In this document: piece after piece, positions 1-6,969 of the stretch | Layout of the letters: every line of letters begins with the position of its first letter | Position numbering within the stretch: position 1 is the first letter of the stretch | Assembly: GCA_964631365.1 (NCBI GenBank) | Contig: CAZVZW010000003.1 | Coordinates: 1-41,002 of the forward strand | Reading direction: 5' to 3' | DNA length: 41,002 bases | From: an uncultured Chloroflexota bacterium | Lineage (GTDB): Bacteria > Chloroflexota > UBA11872 > VXNJ01 | Made by a program: the position numbers and the translations under genes | The notes under the pieces: generated by a model | What the model saw: only the letters and a program-made list of their open reading frames with translations | Databases searched by the model: none | Told to the model about the DNA's origin: nothing

Positions 1-195
1 GTTGATACCCGAATCAGGAGAGAAGTCGTCGGACAGATGCTGGACTACGCGGCGAACGCCGCCGTCTATTGGAAGACGCCGCCCACACTCGCAACCGGCG
101 ACGGGTCCTTCCTTCCGGCCGCTGCGACGCCGGATCGCCAACCGGCTATCCTCGGCGCGGCAGGCAGACCGCAATCTCCCCTGGGGCAAGGCAAA

Positions 196-1344
196 ATGAA
201 GATAACCGACATCCGCACCATCGACGTCGGCGCCCCACCCGACGAGCACTTCCTGCTCAACCGCAACTGGACCTTCGTCCTCATCGACACCGACGAAGGC
301 ATCACCGGCATCGGCGACGCCACCCTGCTGGACATGGACACCGCCGTCATCGGCGTCATCCAGCACCTGCGCAATGTCCTGCTCGGCCAGGACCCCACCC
401 GCGTCGAGCACCTCTGGCAGCAGATGTACCGCCATCCCTTCTGGCGCGGCGGCCCCGTGCTCGGCGCCGCCATCAGCGGCATCGACATGGCGCTCTGGGA
501 CATCGCCGGCAAGGTCGCCGGTATGCCCGTCTACAAAATGCTCGGCGGCGCCGTCCGCGATCGCGTCCGCTGCTACGTCCGCAACGACTTCGCCGGCACC
601 GCCGTCGATCAGGCCCTCGAGGCCCGGGACGCCGGTTTCGGCGGCATCAAGTACGGACCCGAGGCCGAAAGGAACGCCATCTCCGAACTCGAACTCGCCG
701 ACGTCGCTGCCGACATGACCGCCGAGATTCGCGCCGCCGTCGGACCCAAAATGGACCTCATGATCGACTTCCACGGCCGCCTCACCCCGCCGGCCGCCAT
801 CCGCGCCCTGCAAAAACTCGAACCGCTCGATGTCTTCTTCGCCGAGGAACTCATCCCCCCGGACAACATCCCGGCCTACGCCGAGGTCGCCCGTGCCGTC
901 CCCGGCGTCCCCGTCGCCACCGGCGAGCGCCTCTACACCCGCTGGGGTTTCCGCGAACTGATCGAGACCCGTGCCGTCCCGATCATCCAGCCGGACATCT
1001 GCTACGCCGGCGGCATTTCGGAGCTACGCCGCATCGCCGCCCACGCCGAGACCCACTACATCCAGGTCGCCCCCCACAATCCCAACGGCCCGGTCGCCAC
1101 CGCCGCCAACCTCCACTTCGCGGCCGCCACCCCCAACTTCCTGGTCCTCGAATACGCCCGCAAGAAACCCTACTTCGAGGAAGCCCTGGCGGAGCCGCTC
1201 GTGGTCAAGGACGGCCATTTCGAATTGCCGACCGGACCCGGGCTCGGCATCGAACTCGACTTCGACTACATCGCCAAGCACCCGCGCCACCTGGTCCCCA
1301 TCGGCAGCAACTGGCACGCCGACGGCTCCGCCGCCGACGTCTGA
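196..1344 (+). CDS. Enolase-superfamily acid-sugar dehydratase (mandelate racemase/muconate lactonizing enzyme family, galactonate/mannonate-dehydratase-like)
   Basis: ORF 37..1344. Start placed at the in-frame ATG 196, giving the canonical MKITDIRT N-terminus with purine-rich GGGGCAAGG just upstream. Motif order DFHGR ... AEE ... TGER ... QPD ... PHNP is the enolase-superfamily barrel signature. Strongly C-ending codons (Ala GCC, Leu CTC). Confidence 0.85.
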   Translation: MKITDIRTIDVGAPPDEHFLLNRNWTFVLIDTDEGITGIGDATLLDMDTAVIGVIQHLRNVLLGQDPTRVEHLWQQMYRHPFWRGGPVLGAAISGIDMALWDIAGKVAGMPVYKMLGGAVRDRVRCYVRNDFAGTAVDQALEARDAGFGGIKYGPEAERNAISELELADVAADMTAEIRAAVGPKMDLMIDFHGRLTPPAAIRALQKLEPLDVFFAEELIPPDNIPAYAEVARAVPGVPVATGERLYTRWGFRELIETRAVPIIQPDICYAGGISELRRIAAHAETHYIQVAPHNPNGPVATAANLHFAAATPNFLVLEYARKKPYFEEALAEPLVVKDGHFELPTGPGLGIELDFDYIAKHPRHLVPIGSNWHADGSAADV

Positions 1345-1509
1345 TCGAGTGCAGCCCGACCTGCTCGTGCACCGTCTCGGTCACCTTCGTGTTGCGCACA
1401 TGGTTTAGGAATTCGGACACTGGCGACCGTCCCTGTCCCCAGCAAGCCGATCGAAGCCGTACCTACAGGGTGGCCACGCCACCAGCAGCCGAATGAGTCC
1501 TTCTGATTC

Positions 1510-1548
1510 CGAAGCTGTCATGCCTATTCCGTTAGCAATCCGTTAGCA
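1510..1548 (+). repeat. Composite motif CGAAGCTGTC-N10-CGTTAGCAA-N3-GTTAGCA (contains tandem TCCGTTAGCA x2, 11-nt period); partner copy at 40872-40910
   Basis: Read directly. It aligns ungapped with 40872-40910 at a constant offset of 39362 nt, as conserved blocks separated by unconserved spacers. Confidence 0.7.
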
Positions 1549-1609
1549 GAAGTTTATTCGACCGAGCCGGCCCACTCCACGCATATCGAGCGCCCCTCCC
1601 CCTTCACAC

Positions 1610-1650
1610 TTTGACTATTGACGGGCCGGGCGATTTGTTGTGGTTTTCAC
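1610..1650 (+). repeat. 41-nt element TTTGACTATTGACGGG...GTTGTGGTTTTCAC upstream of the MFS gene; partner copy at 3134-3174
   Basis: Hand alignment with 3134-3174 gives 29/41 identical with no gaps; 8 of the 12 mismatches are transitions. Contains a TTGACT -35-like hexamer. Confidence 0.6.
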
Positions 1651-1770
1651 GCCAGTGGCCAGTTCCCTTTGCCGACCGGCCAGTCGTCGTTCCATAGTCC
1701 CAGGCGCAGGCCCGGAACCGGTCCGAGGTCACCCTGCAATGGCTCGGACAGTCTCCGCTGATTCCGGGCT

Positions 1771-3129
1771 TTGTGGAGGACAGTCGGGGGTGCTATCGTC
1801 GCGCCACTCCAGCCCCAGGCCGCCACCACCGTTTCCTGTCCCCAGGCGGATACCTTGCCCGACGACCCCCGCAGTCACCTCCTCAATCGCAATATCCGGC
1901 TCCTTCTCGGAACCGTTGGCCTGCTCAGCGGTTCCCTTTTCGGCAGCTACGCCGTCCTCATGAACCTATTCCTCTTGCGCCTCGGCTATGGCCCCGGGTT
2001 CGTCGGCCTCGTGAACGGTATCGGGATGCTCTGCTGGGCCATCGCCGCGCCCCTCGCCGGCGCCCGCGCCAACCGATTCGGCTACCGACGGCTCATGCTG
2101 GTCGGACTCGGCAGCGTCTTCGCCGGCAACAGCTTGCTCCCCTTCGGAGCCAGTCTCTCCGGCGACGTTCGCGCCGTCTGGCTTGTCACCACCTACTCCC
2201 TCGCCACCGCCGGCGCCGGCATCTACTTCGCGAACTGGTCACCCTTCATCATGGGTGCCGTCGACCCGCGGCTACGCAGCCGCGCCTTCGCCCTCGCTAT
2301 GGCCACGTTCCCCACCGCCGGATTCGCCGGCAGTCTCATCGGCGGGTTCCTCCCTGGCCTCTTCGGCGGTCTCGTCGGCGTCGGCCTCGATGACCCAGCC
2401 GCCTACCGCTATTCCCTACACCTTGCCGCCTTTATCGTCATGCCCGGCCTCCTCCTCGTTGCCGCCACTACCGAAGTCAAGCCCGTCCGCCGGGACTCAA
2501 AAAACGGGGGGCACAGCAGCGTCCCCTTCTTCGCCATCGCCGTCATGACAGTACTCGGCATCTTTCAGGCTTTCGGCGAGGGATCCGTGCGCATCTTCTT
2601 CAATATCTACATGGACGGCTTCAACGTCGACACAGCCACCATTGGCATGACCTTCGCGTTCTCCCAGTTGTTCATCGGGCCCCTGGCCCTCCTGTCGCCG
2701 ATCATCTCTGGCCGCATCGGCACCGTGCGCACGGTGCTCGTCGCTACCGTCGGCATCGCCACTTCCCTCGTCGGCATGGCGCTCATTGTCTCCCCCGCCG
2801 CCGCAGTCACCGGGCTCATCATCGTCTTCGCCTTCGGCTCGCTGATGCGACCAGCCCTTTCCCTCTATCAAATGGAACTCGTCCGCCCAGAGTTCTGGGG
2901 GCTCATGTCCGGCTTCGTTACCCTCTCCTGGGGTCTTGGCTCCGGCAGTACCGCCCTCATCGGCGGTGCATTGGTCTCCAGCTTCGGCTACGACAGCCTT
3001 TTCCTAACCGGTGCCACCATATCCGGCCTCGCGGCGCTCCTTTTCGGCCTCTTCCTCATCGTCCACCGCCCCCCGCCACCTGACAAGGTTGGTCCAGCCG
3101 TCGTCCCTCCAGCCAGGCCGGTCGGCTAG
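1771..3129 (+). CDS. MFS transporter
   Basis: ORF 1771..3129 with TTG start. An in-frame TTG at 1855 preceded by AGGCGGA is an alternative start. Hydrophobic segments throughout, plus an MFS motif-A-like loop GARANRFGYRR. C-ending codon style. Confidence 0.8.
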   Translation: MWRTVGGAIVAPLQPQAATTVSCPQADTLPDDPRSHLLNRNIRLLLGTVGLLSGSLFGSYAVLMNLFLLRLGYGPGFVGLVNGIGMLCWAIAAPLAGARANRFGYRRLMLVGLGSVFAGNSLLPFGASLSGDVRAVWLVTTYSLATAGAGIYFANWSPFIMGAVDPRLRSRAFALAMATFPTAGFAGSLIGGFLPGLFGGLVGVGLDDPAAYRYSLHLAAFIVMPGLLLVAATTEVKPVRRDSKNGGHSSVPFFAIAVMTVLGIFQAFGEGSVRIFFNIYMDGFNVDTATIGMTFAFSQLFIGPLALLSPIISGRIGTVRTVLVATVGIATSLVGMALIVSPAAAVTGLIIVFAFGSLMRPALSLYQMELVRPEFWGLMSGFVTLSWGLGSGSTALIGGALVSSFGYDSLFLTGATISGLAALLFGLFLIVHRPPPPDKVGPAVVPPARPVG

Positions 3130-3133
3130 TCCA

Positions 3134-3174
3134 TTTGACTACTGATGGGTCAGTGAATCTGTTGCGATTGTCAA
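3134..3174 (+). repeat. Second copy of the 41-nt TTTGACT element, immediately after the MFS stop codon
   Basis: TTTGACTACTGATGGG...GTTGCGATTGTCAA. See 1610-1650. Confidence 0.6.
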
Positions 3175-3378
3175 GAACGGCCTAGAGCGGGAATTCGGTC
3201 TCGGTGCCCTCTTGTGCTACCCATCAAGGTCCGCGATATCGTCTGATGAGAAGCACCGGTCAACCTACTATGATCCCCCGCTTCCGCCGCAGTCCCGAGC
3301 ATGTTGTTCGCGACCAGCCCGACGCACGTCTCGGTTTGGGGAAAGGCTGAGGAGTAGACGGGGCCGTGGACGGGAGGC

Positions 3379-4506
3379 TCAGCCGTCGAGGGCGGCCCAG
3401 TCCACTTCGGACCAGCGGGCGTCGCGGACGCTGCGCATGATGGCGTCGTGCACGATGAGGCCGGCCTGCCCGGCGGCGAAGGTGGGATAGGTCGGCTCGC
3501 CGCGTTCGGCCGGCGCCCGCCCGACGTCGCGGTATATCTCGCGAAACAGCAGGCGGAACGTTTCGGAGAAGCCTTCGCGGTAGGCGCCGGGGTTTTCAAA
3601 GAAGCCGCGGGCGGCCTCGCTGGCTTCGCGGGGGTCGGGGGTGACGATTTCGTTGGGGTGCCCGCGGTGGCCGATCAGCAGCTCATTGGGCCGCTCGGAG
3701 TTCCAGCCGGCGCCGGATTCGGCGGCGTCAATTTCGACCGCCAGGCGGTAGGGGTGCCCAACCGCCATATGCGACATCGAGAGCGCGCCGCGGGCGCCGG
3801 ATTCGTAGCGGACCATCAGGTTGGCGATCTCTTCGCCGCCGGGGCCGGCAGCGGCGGCGCGACGGGCCGGATAGGCGGTGTGAAAGTCGGCGCAGACGGC
3901 CGCGACCCGTTCGCCGAGGATGAAGCTGGTGAGGTCGATGAGGTGGCTACCGGTCGTGGTGGCGACGATGGACGGCCCGCCGATGGTGGGGTCGAGCCGC
4001 CAGTCGGTATCCGAATCTGCCCACAGCGAGTCATCCACGATTGATGCGCGGACGGCGAAGACCGACCCGAGGCTGCCGGATCGCTGCCGGGCGGCCATCT
4101 CCTGGACAAGCGGGTAGAAACGGTTGTTGAAGCAGATGGCGTTGACGACCCCGGCTTCGGCGGCGCGGGTGCGCAAATCGGCGGCCTCGGCCGGGAGCAT
4201 GGTGAGCGGCTTTTCGCAGACGACGTGTTTGCCGGCGGCCAGGGCGGCGCTGGCCATGGTGTAGTGCTGGTGGTTGGGGACGCAGATGTGGACCACATCG
4301 GGGTCGGCGCCGGCGAGGGCGCTGGCGAGGTCGGGGTCGCCGCGGGGTACGCGAAACTCCCCGGCAACTTCGCTGCTGCGCGCCGGCGTGGAGGCGACGA
4401 CGCTAACCACCTCGATGCCGTTGCGCCGGAGCGCGTTGATGTGGACACGGCCAATCATGCCGACGCCAACCACCACCGCCCGCGGCGGCCGGCCGGGGTC
4501 AGTCAT
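3379..4506 (-). CDS. Gfo/Idh/MocA family oxidoreductase
   Basis: ORF 3379..4506. N-terminal Rossmann segment VVVGVGMIGRVH and the family EKP motif (HVVCEKPL). Its ATG overlaps the upstream IclR stop by 8 nt. Confidence 0.85.
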   Translation of the reverse strand: MTDPGRPPRAVVVGVGMIGRVHINALRRNGIEVVSVVASTPARSSEVAGEFRVPRGDPDLASALAGADPDVVHICVPNHQHYTMASAALAAGKHVVCEKPLTMLPAEAADLRTRAAEAGVVNAICFNNRFYPLVQEMAARQRSGSLGSVFAVRASIVDDSLWADSDTDWRLDPTIGGPSIVATTTGSHLIDLTSFILGERVAAVCADFHTAYPARRAAAAGPGGEEIANLMVRYESGARGALSMSHMAVGHPYRLAVEIDAAESGAGWNSERPNELLIGHRGHPNEIVTPDPREASEAARGFFENPGAYREGFSETFRLLFREIYRDVGRAPAERGEPTYPTFAAGQAGLIVHDAIMRSVRDARWSEVDWAALDG

Positions 4507-5341
4507 GCGATTCGTGGCCGGCCCCGGCGGGCGCGGCGTCGGGAGCGCAATACCCGAGCTCGCCCGAAATCTTGATGGCGACGCTGGTTACGTTCTCGCC
4601 GAGGCCGACGGCGGCTTCCTCACCAAACTCGCCGCTGGGACCGGCGACGCTGACGGCGGCCACCGGGCGGCTGGTGTAGTCGCGGATGACCGCGCCGACG
4701 CAGCGCAGGCCGGCCATGGCCTCTTCGTCGTCGATGGCGTAGCCGGTGGCGCGTATCTTCTCGATCTCGACCTGGAAGGCGGACCATTCGGTGATGGTGT
4801 TTTCGGAGTTGGCGGGCATGCCCTTGAGTTCGAGGATGGCGGCGATCTCTTCGTCGCGCATGGCGGCGGCGATGGCTTTGCCGGTACTGGTGCTGTGGAG
4901 GGGAAGGCGTTCGCCGACGTAGGTCATGCGCCGGAGGGGGCGGTCGGGATAGGCGAGGCCGATGTTGACGGTGGTGCCGTCGTCGAGCTGGGCGAGCGTG
5001 GCGGTCTGGCCGGTGTGTTCGGCGAGCCAGCGCAGATGCGGGTCGGCGAGCGCGGCCAGGGTGGTGGACTGTTGGAAGGAACTGGCGATGGGAAGGACGG
5101 CGGGGCCGACCTGGTAGGTGTTGCGCTCAGGGTCGCGCCGCAGGAACCCGGTTTCAACGAGCGAGGTCAGGAGCCGGAAGGCAGTAGCTTTGCCAAGGTC
5201 GGTGCGCTGGGCCAGCTCGGCCAGGGTCAACTCGGGGGTGTCGGGGACGAAACAGGCCAGCAGGCTCAGCCCGCGCAATAGCGCGCGCGTACGGTATTGC
5301 CCCCCCCGGCGCCGCCGGGGGGGGGCTTCTTCCTGGCTCAC
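4499..5341 (-). CDS. IclR family transcriptional regulator
   Basis: ORF 4499..5341 with GTG start. Winged-helix segment RALLRGLSLLACF...LTLAELAQRTDLGKATAFRLLTSLVETGFL, followed by an IclR-type effector domain. Divergent from the large + strand operon. Confidence 0.85.
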   Translation of the reverse strand: MSQEEAPPRRRRGGQYRTRALLRGLSLLACFVPDTPELTLAELAQRTDLGKATAFRLLTSLVETGFLRRDPERNTYQVGPAVLPIASSFQQSTTLAALADPHLRWLAEHTGQTATLAQLDDGTTVNIGLAYPDRPLRRMTYVGERLPLHSTSTGKAIAAAMRDEEIAAILELKGMPANSENTITEWSAFQVEIEKIRATGYAIDDEEAMAGLRCVGAVIRDYTSRPVAAVSVAGPSGEFGEEAAVGLGENVTSVAIKISGELGYCAPDAAPAGAGHESHD

Positions 5342-5368
5342 TCGTGGACCGCCGTTGCGGGGGGGGGG
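5300..5368. repeat. Three G/C homopolymer tracts (C8 5300-5307, G9 5317-5325, G10 5359-5368) at the 5' end of the IclR gene
   Basis: Counted directly. The first two lie in IclR codons 6-14 and are mutually complementary. The third lies 18-27 nt upstream of the GTG start. Confidence 0.9.
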
Positions 5369-5470
5369 ACGGAGCGGAGCCCTCGTGGAGACCGTGGCAT
5401 TTTACCCGCGCCTTCGGGCGCGCTGGACCTTTGATCGATTCGGCCGCGGGCTGGGGGTCATGTTCTCATT

Positions 5471-5490
5471 TGCCGGCGATTGCCGGCGAT
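5471..5490 (+). repeat. Perfect tandem duplication TGCCGGCGAT x2
   Basis: Read directly in the divergent intergenic region. Confidence 0.9.
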
Positions 5491-5507
5491 GCTATCCACC
5501 GACCTCG

Positions 5508-5557
5508 GCAATTCATGAAATGTCATTTTGCAATAGGAGACCGATCCGATGCAAATG
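5508..5557. promoter_or_regulatory. AT-rich operator-like cluster: TTCATGAA (5512-5519), AAATGTCATTT palindrome (5518-5528), imperfect inverted repeat CATTTTGCA / TGCAAATG (5524-5532 / 5550-5557)
   Basis: An AT-rich island in a GC-rich genome, lying between the IclR gene and the transporter operon. IclR-family operators are typically AT-rich inverted repeats. Confidence 0.35.
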
Positions 5558-5734
5558 GGGACGGATAGGCCGGAGGAAGGGCGGATTGGGAGCGATGGGT
5601 GGTGTCGGAAGAGGCGCCAAGTGGGAAGTTGACGGGTTGGAGGAGTGGTACGACTGGAGGGCTGGTGGGACATAAGGACGGTGTGGTGGCGGGACGGCTG
5701 TTTGGCGGGGTCGTGGTGGCTGCCGCTAGGCAAC

Positions 5735-5763
5735 TTGACACTCGTTGGGGCGGGCGGTAGATT
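5735..5763 (+). promoter_or_regulatory. Candidate sigma-70-type promoter TTGACA-N17-TAGATT for the 5934-28250 operon
   Basis: TTGACA at 5735-5740, an exactly 17-nt spacer, then TAGATT at 5758-5763. This implies a leader of about 165 nt. Confidence 0.35.
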
Positions 5764-5933
5764 TCGCGCACATTCCAGTGGAACGGCGTTTCATGAATAT
5801 CGTGATGGGGTTGGGCAAGCAAAGGAAGATCGTCATATTGAGAGCTCGGGAGGGCCGGAAGGCAGACCGGTCGTCGGCAGCGCACAGCCTCATTCTTGCG
5901 GTGATCCCGGTCGATTTGGCAGGCAGCTAGGTT

Positions 5934-6854
5934 TTGACGGCAGCCAATCCCAAGGTATTCGATCCCGTGGCGGAGGGGGAGGCCTCCAGCAAGGTGCGCA
6001 GCGAGTGGTTGCTGGCGTGGTACCGGTTCCGCCGCAACAAGGGCGCGATCGTCGGCGGGATCATCCTAGCGGTGATAGCCACGATCGCGGTGTTCGCGGA
6101 CGTGATCGCGCCGTACGATCTGAGCGAGTACGAAACGGGCATGGAAGGGTTTCTGGCCCCCCCCGGCAGCCCCGGTCACCTGCTGGGCACCGACGACTTC
6201 GGCCGCGACGTCTTGAGCCGCGTGATCCACGCGTCGCGAATCTCACTACGGATCGGGATTGTGGCCGTCGTCATCGGATCGATCGGCGGCACCCTCATCG
6301 GATTGACGGCCGGATTCATCGGCGGCCGGACCGATTGGAGCATCAGCCGCGTCCTGGACGTCATGCTGGCGTTCCCGGGAGTTCTGCTCGCGATCGTGAT
6401 CGTGTCGTCGCTCGGGCCCGGCCTGACCAATGCGATGATCGCGCTGGGAGTATCGGCGATCCCGTACTACGCGCGGGTGGTGCGGGGATCGACGCTGGCG
6501 GCGCGGGAACTGGTGTATGTGCGGGCGGCGCGGGCGGTGGGGATGAGCGAATTTCGAATCATGCTGCGCCACGTCCTGCCGAACATCATCAGCCCGATCA
6601 TCATCATGGTCACGCTCGGCATGGCGACCAGCATCATCGCGGCGGCGGGTCTGAGCTTCCTGGGCCTGGGGGCGGTGCCGCCGACTCCCGAGTGGGGCCT
6701 GGAGCTGTCGGTGGCGCGGCGGCTGTTGCGGATCGCGCCTTGGATTGGAATCTCCCATGGGGTGGCGATCTTCGTCACCGTAATGTCGATCAACCTGCTG
6801 GGCGACGGCCTGCGCGAGGCGCTGGACCCACAGGCCACATCGTGGGTCAAGTGA
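5934..6854 (+). CDS. ABC transporter permease (DppC/OppC-like)
   Basis: ORF 5934..6854 with TTG start; GTG 5967 is an alternative. Membrane-spanning pattern and the conserved cytoplasmic loop ARAVGMSEFRIMLRHVLPN. G-ending codon style begins here. Confidence 0.85.
   Translation: MTAANPKVFDPVAEGEASSKVRSEWLLAWYRFRRNKGAIVGGIILAVIATIAVFADVIAPYDLSEYETGMEGFLAPPGSPGHLLGTDDFGRDVLSRVIHASRISLRIGIVAVVIGSIGGTLIGLTAGFIGGRTDWSISRVLDVMLAFPGVLLAIVIVSSLGPGLTNAMIALGVSAIPYYARVVRGSTLAARELVYVRAARAVGMSEFRIMLRHVLPNIISPIIIMVTLGMATSIIAAAGLSFLGLGAVPPTPEWGLELSVARRLLRIAPWIGISHGVAIFVTVMSINLLGDGLREALDPQATSWVK
6827..6843 (+). other. Intercistronic stem-loop TGGCGC-GAGTA-GCGCCA upstream of the binding-protein gene
   Basis: Perfect 6-bp stem with a 5-nt loop and no following T-run. 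It is preceded by the AT-rich patch 6855-6890, which contains TAGATA. Confidence 0.4.
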
Positions 6855-6969
6855 GGTTATATCGAATTATTTAATCTAGATACTGAGTGCTCCAGCCGGA
6901 ATCCCCGATGGGACTCCGCATTCCGTTGGCGCGAGTAGCGCCAGTAAACATCCAAGGGAGGATGTAGAC

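Noticed and set aside
37-195. N-terminal extensions suggested by the longest-ORF coordinates (37..1344, 11534.., 17066.., 21908.., 23196.., 24133.., 26029.., 34421.., 36219.., ..31256, ..31543).
   Set aside because: The extensions are Arg/Pro-rich or overlap the preceding gene. Internal starts give canonical family N-termini, usually with an SD or a 4-nt stop/start overlap.
3243-3250. CUGAUGAG, the hammerhead-ribozyme core box, in the AT-richer spacer after the MFS gene.
   Set aside because: No downstream GAAA box and no complementary stems I/II/III could be drawn. A single 8-mer match is expected by chance.
5745-5930. 61-aa ORF (or 45 aa from ATG 5793) in the operon leader, considered as a leader peptide or small protein.
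   Set aside because: No SD before either start, no recognisable motif, and the composition simply reflects the AT-richer leader. It is retained only as part of the leader-region finding.
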